Under the pieces are notes generated by a model that worked only from the letters and a program-made list of their open reading frames with translations, did no database searches and had not been told where the DNA came from. Both the position numbers and the translations under genes were made by a program. A stretch of 64,000 nucleotides of DNA from Acinetobacter phage Ab15: the sequence record PP763259.1. One strand, written 5' to 3'. Positions 8,237-17,926 of this stretch are shown here, piece by piece. The first letter of the stretch is position 1; the number at the start of each line of letters is the position of its first letter.

Positions 8237-9432
8237 TTTGACTCCTTAATTTTCAGTTTAACATCTTTCATTTGTTCAAATCCCCAGTAGGTACTCACCT
8301 GATCAAAAGGCATACCCCCACCGCCATTTACAATTTGATCACCAATTTCAAAACCTTTGCCTTTGAAATTTAATAAGTATTTGTACCGACTTAAGCCATA
8401 GTAACTACTTCCATATCGATGAGCAGTGTCAATATTATGTTCTCGCAATACTTCACTATAGTCAAATCCTTTTGCACTGAACTGATATAGAGCACCAGCT
8501 TTAAAACTTTTCACAGCATCATGGTTAAACACAGTTCCACCATCTTTTGGTTCTATATACACCGACTTACTCTTGTACTGTGCAATTCTCCCATCTGTAC
8601 TGACAAAAGTCAACAATTTCGGAATATCCAATGTTCCAGTTGTTTGTGAGGTATTTACGGTATCACCGATGATTACTCTTTCGTCAGCACCCCAACCCTT
8701 ACCTTCAACATAAACCTCTTTTTCATCATATACATACCCTCCACCTGAGAACGTGTATATACCTTTAGAGAAAACTTGGTAGGTGTTATGCTTTCTAGGT
8801 ACGCTGAAAATATGAATTTCTCCAACAGTTCCAACAGCTTCTAATTCATGTCTACCAACGTATACCCAATCAACATCATTTTCCTTGTAACCTTTAGGTA
8901 GGCTTACAACCATACCTTCAACAAGTTTGATTGACTTATTTAATTTTTTACTGGCATTAGCTTGTCGAGTTTCAGCATCAAGCTTGTTCATTTCTGGCTC
9001 TAGAGAACTTCCCTCAGAAAAGATACTCCACTTACCATTCATGTTGTAAAACATCTTATACTTACCGTTCAGCTCTCCACCTTTAGAGCAACCATCTGCA
9101 CGTAGCACTTCAAGTAAATTCGAGGTGTAGATTTCAAAGCTGTAACCATTAGGATGTCGAATAACAATGTACTCAGCTTCTGTTTGCCAACGACTTGACG
9201 TTGTAATAAATTTAAACCCGTGCTGGAAATCATTTGGAAATTCATGCTGAGTTAGAGACTCAACTGGAACACGATCACTATAACGATCACCTCTGGCCCA
9301 ATTTAAAGCTGTACTTTGGCGTTTCTCAAAAGTTGCTTGAGTGGTATTCACTTCTTCTTCAGGTTTTGGCACAAAGAAAGCGATATCACGTATACCATGT
9401 TTTACAAGCCAAATATCTTTAGGTATATACAT
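8233..9432 (-). CDS. hypothetical protein (399 aa, Gly/Tyr-rich C-half)
   Basis: A long ORF in the minus block with no motif I can assign. Confidence 0.6.
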   Translation of the reverse strand: MYIPKDIWLVKHGIRDIAFFVPKPEEEVNTTQATFEKRQSTALNWARGDRYSDRVPVESLTQHEFPNDFQHGFKFITTSSRWQTEAEYIVIRHPNGYSFEIYTSNLLEVLRADGCSKGGELNGKYKMFYNMNGKWSIFSEGSSLEPEMNKLDAETRQANASKKLNKSIKLVEGMVVSLPKGYKENDVDWVYVGRHELEAVGTVGEIHIFSVPRKHNTYQVFSKGIYTFSGGGYVYDEKEVYVEGKGWGADERVIIGDTVNTSQTTGTLDIPKLLTFVSTDGRIAQYKSKSVYIEPKDGGTVFNHDAVKSFKAGALYQFSAKGFDYSEVLREHNIDTAHRYGSSYYGLSRYKYLLNFKGKGFEIGDQIVNGGGGMPFDQVSTYWGFEQMKDVKLKIKESK

Positions 9433-9449
9433 TATTTACTCCAAGAGTT

Positions 9450-10148
9450 TTAATTTAAGTAAGTTTTTATTAGCTCTTCTGCGCTAACTACACACATACC
9501 ATAACCGAAGCATCCACCATAGTCAATAAAAAGTTGGTTACCTCTTAAAATTTTTCTTCCTCTGGTTACAGAATGACCATGTATCATCAAATCCACACCA
9601 GAAATTGGTTGAATTTCCTCCAAAGATTGAATTGTTGAACGCTCCCACATTAAAATATCCTGTAGTTCTCGTCCACATACCTTATGTTTTGCCTTGAGGT
9701 GGTAAACCCCCTCATGGTATTCACTGTAAGGGTAATCTGCATGAGTTACTACAAACCTTTTACCGTGCACATCTATCTCAATGATCAAAGGCAGTTCGGC
9801 AAAGACTTTAGCAATGTTATACATAGCTTGACCATCTAATTGGTAGAACCAAGCACCACCATTATCAATATGGCATCGTGCATAACTCTCATTGTATAAA
9901 CCTTGAATGGCTAAGTCTTCATGGTTACCCCTTACAGATTCAAACCAATCCTCTTTTAATAATTGGATAACCTCTAGGTTTTGCTTCCCACGATCCACCA
10001 AATCACCAGTACAAATTAAGAGGTCTTCCTCAAAATTAAAGCCTTTTGACTGTAGAACCCCCATTAAAAGGTCCAAACACCCGTGAATATCTCCACAAAA
10101 CCACACTTTACCCTTGCGAGGTTCTACTACCTTAACTAAATCAACCAT
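9450..10148 (-). CDS. Ser/Thr protein phosphatase (lambda-PPase / calcineurin-like metallophosphoesterase)
   Basis: Motifs GDIHG, GDLVDRG and GNHE appear in the canonical order, followed by a GH motif near the C-terminus. Confidence 0.8.
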   Translation of the reverse strand: MVDLVKVVEPRKGKVWFCGDIHGCLDLLMGVLQSKGFNFEEDLLICTGDLVDRGKQNLEVIQLLKEDWFESVRGNHEDLAIQGLYNESYARCHIDNGGAWFYQLDGQAMYNIAKVFAELPLIIEIDVHGKRFVVTHADYPYSEYHEGVYHLKAKHKVCGRELQDILMWERSTIQSLEEIQPISGVDLMIHGHSVTRGRKILRGNQLFIDYGGCFGYGMCVVSAEELIKTYLN

Positions 10149-10584
10149 TTAGGAACTCCTGATTTACTCGTTCATCTTCACTCTTATGAGTAATAACTTC
10201 AACATGGTCATAAAAACCCCATTGCATCATAGTTTCAAGTTGATATTCACTAAATCCAGAATCAGCATCTTCAAAAGATACTATGGCAGAAATTCTTTCT
10301 TTAAATTTCTTAAAATTCTCATCCCAGTTTATTACTTCACGTATTTTTGATGTGCGATCTGCAATATACTCAAAAACATGACTGTATTTATGCCTATCTG
10401 CCTCAAAGTCTTGCATCATAGTACATTCAACCCTTCGGAAATCGTGAGAAAATATCTCAATTTCCTTTAGGATTGGCTCTAAAGCTTTTTTCACCTTTTC
10501 TGCTACAGAACGATCACTTACAATGACTACTGTAATAGTATCTGGACCACAGCCTGACAAGAAAATCTCATGAACTTCACTCAT
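10141..10584 (-). CDS. hypothetical acidic protein
   Basis: 147 aa. It overlaps the neighbouring start by 8 nt. Confidence 0.5.
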   Translation of the reverse strand: MSEVHEIFLSGCGPDTITVVIVSDRSVAEKVKKALEPILKEIEIFSHDFRRVECTMMQDFEADRHKYSHVFEYIADRTSKIREVINWDENFKKFKERISAIVSFEDADSGFSEYQLETMMQWGFYDHVEVITHKSEDERVNQEFLNG

Positions 10585-10799
10585 TTTTTACCTCTTTTAA
10601 ATTTATTAAAGATTTCTTCTTTGTTTTCCACAAAGAAACAACCTAGGAAAATAAGCAAGAATACCAAAGCCACTATTAAAAATAGACCTTTAGTGACAAC
10701 CACTAAAGCAAATAACGCTATGAAAAATAAAATACCAAAGCACAGTGTAAAAAATACAGCAAAAGTCTTTGATAAAGGACCTTCTACGTCCATAAACAC
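10581..10799 (-). CDS. small membrane protein
   Basis: 72 aa with two hydrophobic helices. Confidence 0.45.
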   Translation of the reverse strand: MFMDVEGPLSKTFAVFFTLCFGILFFIALFALVVVTKGLFLIVALVFLLIFLGCFFVENKEEIFNKFKRGKK

Positions 10800-10835
10800 C
10801 TCCTAAAATTAAAATTTAAGCAATAAAAAAAAACC

Positions 10836-10866
10836 CTGAAGGATTACCTTCAGGGTTAGTTTACCA
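10836..10866 (-). terminator. rho-independent terminator (minus strand)
   Basis: The reverse complement reads aaccctgaaggtaatccttcagggttttttttt. Confidence 0.6.
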
Positions 10867-10872
10867 GTTATC

Positions 10873-11289
10873 TTATTCAGAGTCAACTGATTTTGCTTTA
10901 GAAGCTCGTTTTGGTTGAGATTTTGTAGCTACTTCTGCTGGTTTTTCTTCTACAATTTCTCGATCCACTTCTTTAGGAATCTCAGCTTGTTTTACTGGTT
11001 CTTCTTTTGGTTGTTCACCAACTTTGAATGCAGCATAAGCTAATGGAAAGTGTTTACTTACAAGATCATCTGTACCATTAACAAAAACAATGAAACGTGC
11101 ACTAGAACCTAATGCGATATTTCCTTGTGTTCTTGAAAGCACAGTTTCAGACAATTCAAATCCCCACTTGCTAAGCACAAGAAGATTCTGATTACTCTTG
11201 TGAAAAGAGTTTGAATAGACACTTACTTCGATTTTACCATCTTCAAGTCGTCTAAGTTTTGGTGCAAATGTTGTATTTAATTCGGACAT
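10873..11289 (-). CDS. hypothetical protein with Lys/Glu-rich tail
   Basis: 138 aa with the C-terminus KEEPVKQAEIPKEVDREIVEEKPAEVATKSQPKRASKAKS. Confidence 0.5.
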   Translation of the reverse strand: MSELNTTFAPKLRRLEDGKIEVSVYSNSFHKSNQNLLVLSKWGFELSETVLSRTQGNIALGSSARFIVFVNGTDDLVSKHFPLAYAAFKVGEQPKEEPVKQAEIPKEVDREIVEEKPAEVATKSQPKRASKAKSVDSE

Positions 11290-11299
11290 TAAGAACTCC

Positions 11300-11482
11300 T
11301 TAACCTTCTAATCCTTCACGTTTATTACTTCGCTTACTTTTTCGATCTAAAGTACGGGCTTTATCATTAAGTTTTCTCTGAAGTTTATCGCCAAGACCAT
11401 AACCATCAGACATCTCAACACCAAGACCATAACCTTCTTTATAAGCTTTGCGTTTAGCCACGAATACACTCCTATGTGACAA
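11300..11482 (-). CDS. small basic protein (GYGLG repeats)
   Basis: 60 aa. Confidence 0.35.
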   Translation of the reverse strand: MSHRSVFVAKRKAYKEGYGLGVEMSDGYGLGDKLQRKLNDKARTLDRKSKRSNKREGLEG

Positions 11483-11538
11483 ATAAGTTACTTTACTACT
11501 TAAATAAGTTTACCACGTTTTAACAATGTGTCAACTAT

Positions 11539-11775
11539 TTATTCCTCTCCATCATCTCCACCGTATCCAAATCTTGAACTAAAGAAACATTCTACAAGTG
11601 TGCAGATGATGTTGTAGATGATAATTGAGAGGATTCCCACTGTCAAGATACTTTGATCAAATCCCCACCCAACGAAATCCAAGGCAAAGAGTAAGCACTT
11701 AGTTATAACAGCAGATAAAAATATAATACAAAAGTTTAAAACCAAATAGAGTAGTTGCAAACTAGACTCACTCAT
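11539..11775 (-). CDS. small membrane protein
   Basis: 78 aa with 2 TM. The SD aaggagg lies upstream on the minus strand. Confidence 0.5.
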   Translation of the reverse strand: MSESSLQLLYLVLNFCIIFLSAVITKCLLFALDFVGWGFDQSILTVGILSIIIYNIICTLVECFFSSRFGYGGDDGEE

Positions 11776-11798
11776 AACACCTCCTTGTGAGGATAACC

Positions 11799-12035
11799 TC
11801 AGATCTCTTCCAAGTCATCATAGCCTGTTAGGAGTTTCTCAGATGGCATTTCTTCCACAGATAACTCCCCACATTTTGAACATTCTAAGGTTATTACAGG
11901 CATCTCTATCCCAAATAACTCATTGAATTCCTTACCACTTTCCTTAAAAATCAAAACACCAGAACCTTTACAGGACCCATTGGTGTGTTTTACAGGTTTA
12001 TCTTTCATAAACACCATCCATGAAAAAGAGGGCAC
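11799..12035 (-). CDS. hypothetical protein
   Basis: 78 aa. Confidence 0.45.
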   Translation of the reverse strand: MPSFSWMVFMKDKPVKHTNGSCKGSGVLIFKESGKEFNELFGIEMPVITLECSKCGELSVEEMPSEKLLTGYDDLEEI

Positions 12036-12053
12036 TAAGCCCCCAATTTTTAA

Positions 12054-12491
12054 TTAAATATCATACCGAACTCTAATTATCTCACGCTTATCAAGATCTG
12101 TCAAGATACCATAAGCATAACAATTGTTCTGTATGTAATTGTCAACAGTTTGAATATTGAAGGATACCCACCTTGGTGATTTTCCTTCACTGATTGTACA
12201 CAATAAGCAACTACCCTTCCGTATGTGTAGAACAGTCAATATTCCTTCAATACTAACCATCCAATGTGTAGCAGATTCTAAGTGCTCTTTACGACCTACA
12301 AATGTTCTAACAACAGATGAATGGACGCTTTTCATCTGAATGGCACCTAGAAAGCTATTATGCATAGCTAGTCTAGGTTTTCCCCACTGGTATTGCCCAT
12401 TGTTATAACTAGTTACACCAATTAAAGCCATCATCCACCCCAAATTGCTATACAAACCATAAGGACAGTATAGCAAATAATGCCTGTACAA
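12054..12491 (-). CDS. hypothetical protein
   Basis: 145 aa. Confidence 0.45.
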   Translation of the reverse strand: MYRHYLLYCPYGLYSNLGWMMALIGVTSYNNGQYQWGKPRLAMHNSFLGAIQMKSVHSSVVRTFVGRKEHLESATHWMVSIEGILTVLHIRKGSCLLCTISEGKSPRWVSFNIQTVDNYIQNNCYAYGILTDLDKREIIRVRYDI

Positions 12492-12631
12492 ATAACAAGA
12501 GCAGTGTATTTATTCAAAATAAAAACCCCCACATAAGTTGAAATAGTTTAAACCCAACAAAGGCAAAACCTCCCATAATAACCGATATCACAAGCATACC
12601 TATAATCATCACAACTATTTTCCAGTTCATG

Positions 12632-12865
12632 TTAATCCCCTTTAGTTGTACCTACATTCTTACCACATAAGAATGCATAAAGCATGACAGGTGCCCAGAA
12701 GAACATAACAAATATGATTGTCAGTGATAAAGCAAATGAATTAACAGCTTGTTTTTTCTGTGCTCGATCCAACTTAATCATAACTGTCAACTTACCAGCA
12801 TTAAAGCAACCATACATCAGATATAAAGAAACTAAAAAACTCAACGTGTCAGAATTGATCATCAA
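12632..12865 (-). CDS. small membrane protein
   Basis: 77 aa with 2 TM. Confidence 0.4.
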   Translation of the reverse strand: MMINSDTLSFLVSLYLMYGCFNAGKLTVMIKLDRAQKKQAVNSFALSLTIIFVMFFWAPVMLYAFLCGKNVGTTKGD

Positions 12866-12879
12866 TTATCTCCAAAAGA

Positions 12880-13176
12880 TTAATGTTTATGTATGAAGTT
12901 TAAATCACCTAGATTTTTAATGCAAGCATCAATTGTAGCTTGTACACGCTTGTCTAGAGCTTCTAAATCATTTAAGTCACTAGATATTACCTCCATGAAC
13001 TTAACACGCTCTAAACAAGCCCTAACAGTCGAGAAATAACCTATAGGTGTTCTACGTATTTCACCCTCTTGTTTGCCACTTTTGGCAATACTTAAGCTGT
13101 ACAATATGAAATTCATATCATCTGAACCTAAAGCATACCCAACCTCATCCTTAGTTGGTTCTTTTAAAATTTTCAC
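12880..13176 (-). CDS. hypothetical protein
   Basis: 98 aa. Confidence 0.45.
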   Translation of the reverse strand: MKILKEPTKDEVGYALGSDDMNFILYSLSIAKSGKQEGEIRRTPIGYFSTVRACLERVKFMEVISSDLNDLEALDKRVQATIDACIKNLGDLNFIHKH

Positions 13177-13213
13177 GCATCAATCTCCTTTTCAACCATC
13201 TTTCAATCTTGGT

Positions 13214-13504
13214 CTAGCCACACAACTTCTCCCAACAAGAATCAAACCACTCAGACTTAACTACAAAGTAACCTTTTCCATCATACATAATATAGTCACC
13301 CATATTGGCAACCTGTAATCCATACTCTGGGTCAGTGAATTCAAACTCACGTATATCACGTGTGGTTATTGCAGAAGGCTTGTATACACCACCAACCTCC
13401 ACCCAACGTGTTAAAGTAGCAATGTCGGTGGAGGAACCACCAAACATTACTGCAATAACAACCTTACCACTTACTTTATTCTTACAACGTTTGGCAGTTC
13501 TCAT
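13214..13504 (-). CDS. hypothetical protein
   Basis: 96 aa. Confidence 0.45.
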   Translation of the reverse strand: MRTAKRCKNKVSGKVVIAVMFGGSSTDIATLTRWVEVGGVYKPSAITTRDIREFEFTDPEYGLQVANMGDYIMYDGKGYFVVKSEWFDSCWEKLCG

Positions 13505-13506
13505 TA

Positions 13507-13779
13507 TTAAGCTCCAGATACTTGGTTTTCAGTGCACCACTCTTTCATGTCAGTTTTGGCAATAGTTGCACTATCCACATCAATCGTAATCAGGTCGTAA
13601 CCTTCAGGCTCATTTCTGATGTATTGTTCTTTGTAAACACTATCACGGAATAATCGATTTAACTGTAGGGCATTTTTCAGTGCACCCAAAGAGGTCCAGC
13701 ATTTACCATTTTTTGTAACCGCCATGCCAGCAGCTAGGTACTTACCGTTCTTTTTACCACGAATCATGTAAATTTTCAT
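13507..13779 (-). CDS. hypothetical protein
   Basis: 90 aa. Confidence 0.45.
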   Translation of the reverse strand: MKIYMIRGKKNGKYLAAGMAVTKNGKCWTSLGALKNALQLNRLFRDSVYKEQYIRNEPEGYDLITIDVDSATIAKTDMKEWCTENQVSGA

Positions 13780-13794
13780 AATTACTCCAAAATA

Positions 13795-14259
13795 TCAATG
13801 AAAAATAACTGCTACTAACCCTATTACCAACAGAACTGACATACATATTGCAAAAATCTGGAATGCATCAGTTCTACAATAGTATCCTAACACACCATTC
13901 CATCCACGAGCAAGAGCAACATCAAAGTTTTTAACTTGAAACTTGCACTTGTATGCATCATTTCTACGAACCGTACATGAACCATAGCTATAATCGATGT
14001 CGTAATCTTTGAGAGGTGAATTTCCAACATCTCGATAGAGATCCCTCCCATCATAACTTTCAAAGTCAAAACGAACATTCATCAGGTCTTCAAACTCAAT
14101 GACATGCTTAATGAACTGCTTTTTAAGGAAAGCTTTTTTATCCTCTTCATCTTGCTGGACCTTTTTCTCAGTAGCTACCTTTTGCATGTGTTCATGATAC
14201 CACTCAGGTTTTTGTTCCTCTTCTTTCATCTTTTTCTTCACAAGATTCTTGATCATCAA
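13795..14259 (-). CDS. C-terminally membrane-anchored protein
   Basis: 154 aa with a C-terminal TM (IFAICMSVLLVIGLVAVIF). The start may be an internal Met. Confidence 0.45.
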   Translation of the reverse strand: MMIKNLVKKKMKEEEQKPEWYHEHMQKVATEKKVQQDEEDKKAFLKKQFIKHVIEFEDLMNVRFDFESYDGRDLYRDVGNSPLKDYDIDYSYGSCTVRRNDAYKCKFQVKNFDVALARGWNGVLGYYCRTDAFQIFAICMSVLLVIGLVAVIFH

Positions 14260-14395
14260 GTGCTTCCTCCAAATCCTGTCTTACAATACCCTCATCATAA
14301 CCCAGCTTAACATCTTTCTTTTTATCCCGAAAGGTCTTAGGCTGGTTAAATTTGTGAAGATTTTTCGCTACAGGGTTCCTATAACCTTTAGCCAT
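14204..14395 (-). CDS. small basic protein
   Basis: 63 aa. It overlaps the 5' end of the neighbouring ORF, so one of the two starts is probably mis-set. Confidence 0.3.
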   Translation of the reverse strand: MAKGYRNPVAKNLHKFNQPKTFRDKKKDVKLGYDEGIVRQDLEEALDDQESCEEKDERRGTKT

Positions 14396-14607
14396 TAGAT
14401 TAAGTGCTCAAATCTAAGGTATTCATAAACCTTTTCACCATTTAGTGTAACTTCACCAACACTACCAACAATTTCAATCTGAAGGACATTATCACCTTTA
14501 CTCAAGGTGTGCACCTCCATCTTACCACAACGTACAGACTGGATGTTGTCTGCACTTTTAAACTCATCAATCAAACCGAAAAGTTTATATTCATCATAAG
14601 TTTGCAT
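14395..14607 (-). CDS. hypothetical protein
   Basis: 70 aa. Confidence 0.45.
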   Translation of the reverse strand: MQTYDEYKLFGLIDEFKSADNIQSVRCGKMEVHTLSKGDNVLQIEIVGSVGEVTLNGEKVYEYLRFEHLI

Positions 14608-14742
14608 AGATAGTTATTAACTCCAAAATAATAATAAAAATAAACATCATAAGTAAAAACTGTTTGAAATTCCTACTTACCATAATAGCCATACCAAAAA
14701 AGCAAGCATTTAAGGCCAACATCAATACAAAACCTAAAAGTG

Positions 14743-15231
14743 TCATTTCTTGTATCCCTCTATAGCCTCCTGAAGTGTTGGGTATACAATGTAGTAAATA
14801 TACTGAGAGAAACTTCTAAAGTCATCGTACCACTCTTGAAATGACTCTTCTTTATAATTGAACCATTTATCAAGAACTCGCTTAGCTTCTAAACTAACAT
14901 AAACACTTGACGATACCCCTGAAGTATCTAACAACTCCAAAACCTTCATGTCTTGCTCATACTTAACACGTTTAGCTTTAGCATATTGTCGAAACCGAGA
15001 TCGTTGACCCGTGTAAATTTTCAAACGCTTCAAGGATTTCTTACCCCACTCAATACCTAAGAAGCTATGTTGGTAAACAGTACATTCTTCATATGACAAC
15101 TTTTCCATCACCTGAAAGAATTTTTCACGATCCTCAAGGTACTTCTTGAGGTTTTTTATCGCTTCTTGCTGCATGTAGCTAACACTCGTGCTTGTCAAAT
15201 TGACAAACCCTACAGGGTTAAATTCAGACAT
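14743..15231 (-). CDS. hypothetical protein
   Basis: 162 aa. Confidence 0.5.
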   Translation of the reverse strand: MSEFNPVGFVNLTSTSVSYMQQEAIKNLKKYLEDREKFFQVMEKLSYEECTVYQHSFLGIEWGKKSLKRLKIYTGQRSRFRQYAKAKRVKYEQDMKVLELLDTSGVSSSVYVSLEAKRVLDKWFNYKEESFQEWYDDFRSFSQYIYYIVYPTLQEAIEGYKK

Positions 15232-15415
15232 CTAAACTCTCCATAAAACTCTGATCTTTAACTATCTTACCTAAAGTCTCAGCAGAGTAAATACGTACAC
15301 CACAAAGATATAATGGTATATCAGATACCGAACCAAACATATTGTAAACACTATCCGTGCACGTATAAACTGCATAAGTATTCCCAAAACTTTTACGAAT
15401 TTTGATAATATTCAT
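15224..15415 (-). CDS. hypothetical small protein
   Basis: 63 aa. Confidence 0.35.
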   Translation of the reverse strand: MNIIKIRKSFGNTYAVYTCTDSVYNMFGSVSDIPLYLCGVRIYSAETLGKIVKDQSFMESLDV

Positions 15416-15422
15416 AAACCAC

Positions 15423-16649
15423 CTAATCTTTGTTTAACCAATCTTTAAACAAACTATACATACGTTTTGATGCTATTGCAAGCACAATTTTCTCACCTTT
15501 ACGAATACGTGAACGCCAAACCCACTGAAGCATCTCAGACAAAGCAAAAACCTCACGGGAAATCGGATAGCCATAATCTTGTAGGTATGACTCAACACTG
15601 ACCATAGGGTAACGATCATAGCAGTGCACTAAAACTGACTTGTCAGCATAATCGTTGGTCGCTCTTGTCTGCACAGGTAACCAACAATACTGCCAAGAAC
15701 CATCTTCACCTCTTTTACGGTAATAACCTTTTGGTTTAACTAAGTTTTTACTTCCAGTGTGACGTTCTTTTGGTAAAGTGTACATCAAATCCTCTGGTGT
15801 GGCCTTATATTTCATAGCAACACTTCTGATGTATTTACCTACCATATCCAACTGGTCTTGACTTGCACGTTTATACCAACTACTTGATAAACCAGTAGAA
15901 ATAGATAAGTCAACCTTCGGCTCAACCAATTCGATTAAATCTCGAATGGAATCTTTAGAGACATCAACAACTTGGACTTCCTCAAATGGCTTCGATTCAA
16001 CACCTTTTAGCTTTAAAAATCGATCTAAAATATTCTCTTCAAACATGTATGTGAGAATAATCACTCGTTTAGCCACAGTCATTAACCGAATAGGTAGTTG
16101 AGTTACCATCATAACGTTACTTCTCTTAGCAACATACAAACATTGACTATCACAGTATTGCTTGAGCATGTAGTACTTATGGGATTTCCCAACTGGCTGG
16201 TCGCACACCCAAGATAGCATACCATCATGTGGATCTACTGAAACTTTCTCATTCGAGTACAACCACTTATAATCATCTATGGAATACTTATCAAAACCTT
16301 CGATAACATTGATCTCCTCGTCAATCACAACGGTGTAGCCATGATATTCAATAAGGTCTAAGTGCTCGTTGGTCAGGGACATGTACAGGCTATGCGTACA
16401 AGCAATATTTTCACCATTACTTAGAAGTTCAAGTAAGTGCTCCGATTTAGTATCATGATCTTCAGTGGTTGGGTAGGAGAATGATATACGGCTAACCGCT
16501 TGGGATAACCTTCCACCATCACCCACCTCAGAGAGTAAAGGAGAAACATAAATATATTTCTCTTCATGGTGCTTTTCCATCCACTTAATAATTCCAGTGG
16601 TTTTATGTGAACCCATAATAGAATCAAGAACTTCAATTACCTCAGCCAT
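15423..16649 (-). CDS. putative P-loop NTPase (deviant Walker A, Walker B present)
   Basis: 408 aa. The N-terminus (VLDSIMGSHKTTGIIKWM) resembles a Walker A. A hhhhDE Walker B (YTVVIDEEI) follows. Confidence 0.4.
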   Translation of the reverse strand: MAEVIEVLDSIMGSHKTTGIIKWMEKHHEEKYIYVSPLLSEVGDGGRLSQAVSRISFSYPTTEDHDTKSEHLLELLSNGENIACTHSLYMSLTNEHLDLIEYHGYTVVIDEEINVIEGFDKYSIDDYKWLYSNEKVSVDPHDGMLSWVCDQPVGKSHKYYMLKQYCDSQCLYVAKRSNVMMVTQLPIRLMTVAKRVIILTYMFEENILDRFLKLKGVESKPFEEVQVVDVSKDSIRDLIELVEPKVDLSISTGLSSSWYKRASQDQLDMVGKYIRSVAMKYKATPEDLMYTLPKERHTGSKNLVKPKGYYRKRGEDGSWQYCWLPVQTRATNDYADKSVLVHCYDRYPMVSVESYLQDYGYPISREVFALSEMLQWVWRSRIRKGEKIVLAIASKRMYSLFKDWLNKD

Positions 16650-16883
16650 TTAATCTCCAAAATATTCACGTAGTGTATCTATCCAATACTGATTATACTT
16701 CAAGTCATATTCTATTTCTGCAACCTCACGGGCAGTAAACCACCAAACACCATTCTCATTACATGTGTTTTCTACAACAAAATCACCATCCGAGTTTTTA
16801 TAACAAATAAAAATTAAATTTAAACCTTCGTGATAAAATGCATGTTTCTTAACTACTTCCATCACATGTCCTCCACTTTGCAA
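16650..16883 (-). CDS. hypothetical protein
   Basis: 77 aa. Confidence 0.45.
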   Translation of the reverse strand: MQSGGHVMEVVKKHAFYHEGLNLIFICYKNSDGDFVVENTCNENGVWWFTAREVAEIEYDLKYNQYWIDTLREYFGD

Positions 16884-17101
16884 TTCGGCGAAATGTGGTT
16901 TTCTAGTTTGTCTAGTGTTTCTAATTCCCTCGAATCCGATGGGTTGTCAATGCAGCCAATGAGGTTTTCTGTGTGGGCATCGTCACTTATCAACTCTAGA
17001 AAATTCTCATTGAGAACCTTTGCAAACTCTGGATGTAACTCTTGCAAACTCCCAATTGGCTTAGGTAAAGTTGGCATATCAATATCGTTAAACTCACTCA
17101 T
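16862..17101 (-). CDS. small acidic protein
   Basis: 79 aa with about 19 D/E against about 5 K/R. Confidence 0.45.
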   Translation of the reverse strand: MSEFNDIDMPTLPKPIGSLQELHPEFAKVLNENFLELISDDAHTENLIGCIDNPSDSRELETLDKLENHISPNCKVEDM

Positions 17102-17325
17102 GGCTTACTCCCCACATAAACTGGCACTTGTTGAAAATCACACCGCACATCTGTTCGATCTGTTTCGTGGCGTAGTTTTTGCTTTTCACAAATTGACTGA
17201 GTTGCATATTGAAGCTGATATGTTGACTCGGTGGCACTGCCAACCATCTGATGTTGGGTCACAGTGAGAACCCATACGGTAATAAACTTAATCATCCCCG
17301 CCTCCGTATATTGATTCATGGTCAT
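17098..17325 (-). CDS. hypothetical protein
   Basis: 75 aa. Confidence 0.4.
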   Translation of the reverse strand: MTMNQYTEAGMIKFITVWVLTVTQHQMVGSATESTYQLQYATQSICEKQKLRHETDRTDVRCDFQQVPVYVGSKP

Positions 17326-17476
17326 GAATGGCTCTTTCTAAACGATTTTTAGCACTTGTCCACTTAGAATGAGTTCTCTCATCAAAACTCCCCCAGTCAA
17401 ACTGGAGGATATCTTTTAGAGTTTCACGGGCAGCTTCAATACCTCCTAATTCATCAATAAGATTTTCACTTTTCAT
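17288..17476 (-). CDS. hypothetical protein
   Basis: 62 aa. Confidence 0.4.
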   Translation of the reverse strand: MKSENLIDELGGIEAARETLKDILQFDWGSFDERTHSKWTSAKNRLERAIHDHESIYGGGDD

Positions 17477-17556
17477 TTAGGAACTCCTTTACTGATCATT
17501 GGGCAGTATATCGCATGTTCTTTAATACTTCTACCACAGAATTGACATTTTACCAT
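17470..17556 (-). CDS. zinc-ribbon mini-protein (28 aa)
   Basis: MVKCQFCGRSIKEHAIYCPMISKGVPK. Its stop overlaps the ATG of the downstream gene (ATGA-type coupling). Confidence 0.3.
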
Positions 17557-17557
17557 A

Positions 17558-17722
17558 TTAATTCTCCGTACACCACTTAAGTGCACCTTCCAAGCTCTCT
17601 GCTTCAGCTACCTGCCGACCATCAATTTCAGAAATGTAAAATGCTAAAGCTCCCTCTTCAATTTCATAACCATTGCATGAAATATAGTCACCATCAACTG
17701 TCACAACAGCTTTAATAGCCAT
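17558..17722 (-). CDS. hypothetical small protein (54 aa)
   Basis: MAIKAVVTVDGDYISCNGYEIEEGALAFYISEIDGRQVAEAESLEGALKWCTEN. It fills the gap between the annotated ORFs. Confidence 0.35.
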   Translation of the reverse strand: MAIKAVVTVDGDYISCNGYEIEEGALAFYISEIDGRQVAEAESLEGALKWCTEN

Positions 17723-17725
17723 TAG

Positions 17726-17926
17726 CTAACCCTCAAAAATGTTATTGTCCATGATATCAGAAATAACTTCATCAATCTCTAAATTTGTTTCTTCGATAAG
17801 TTTATCATACTTACCTTTATCCGCAAAGACATCTCTCTCAATCTTAAACTTCTCAAGACGAATATGAAGATAGTGTAACTGAGTGTGAAGCTTTGCGAGA
17901 TTACCTGTGGTTTCTAAGTCAAACAT
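17726..17926 (-). CDS. hypothetical protein
   Basis: 66 aa. Confidence 0.4.
   Translation of the reverse strand: MFDLETTGNLAKLHTQLHYLHIRLEKFKIERDVFADKGKYDKLIEETNLEIDEVISDIMDNNIFEG

Noticed and set aside
16830-17267. 145-aa + strand ORF inside the minus-strand gene block
   Set aside because: It is antisense to three consecutive minus-strand genes and has no SD. Its composition is atypical and it is probably spurious.
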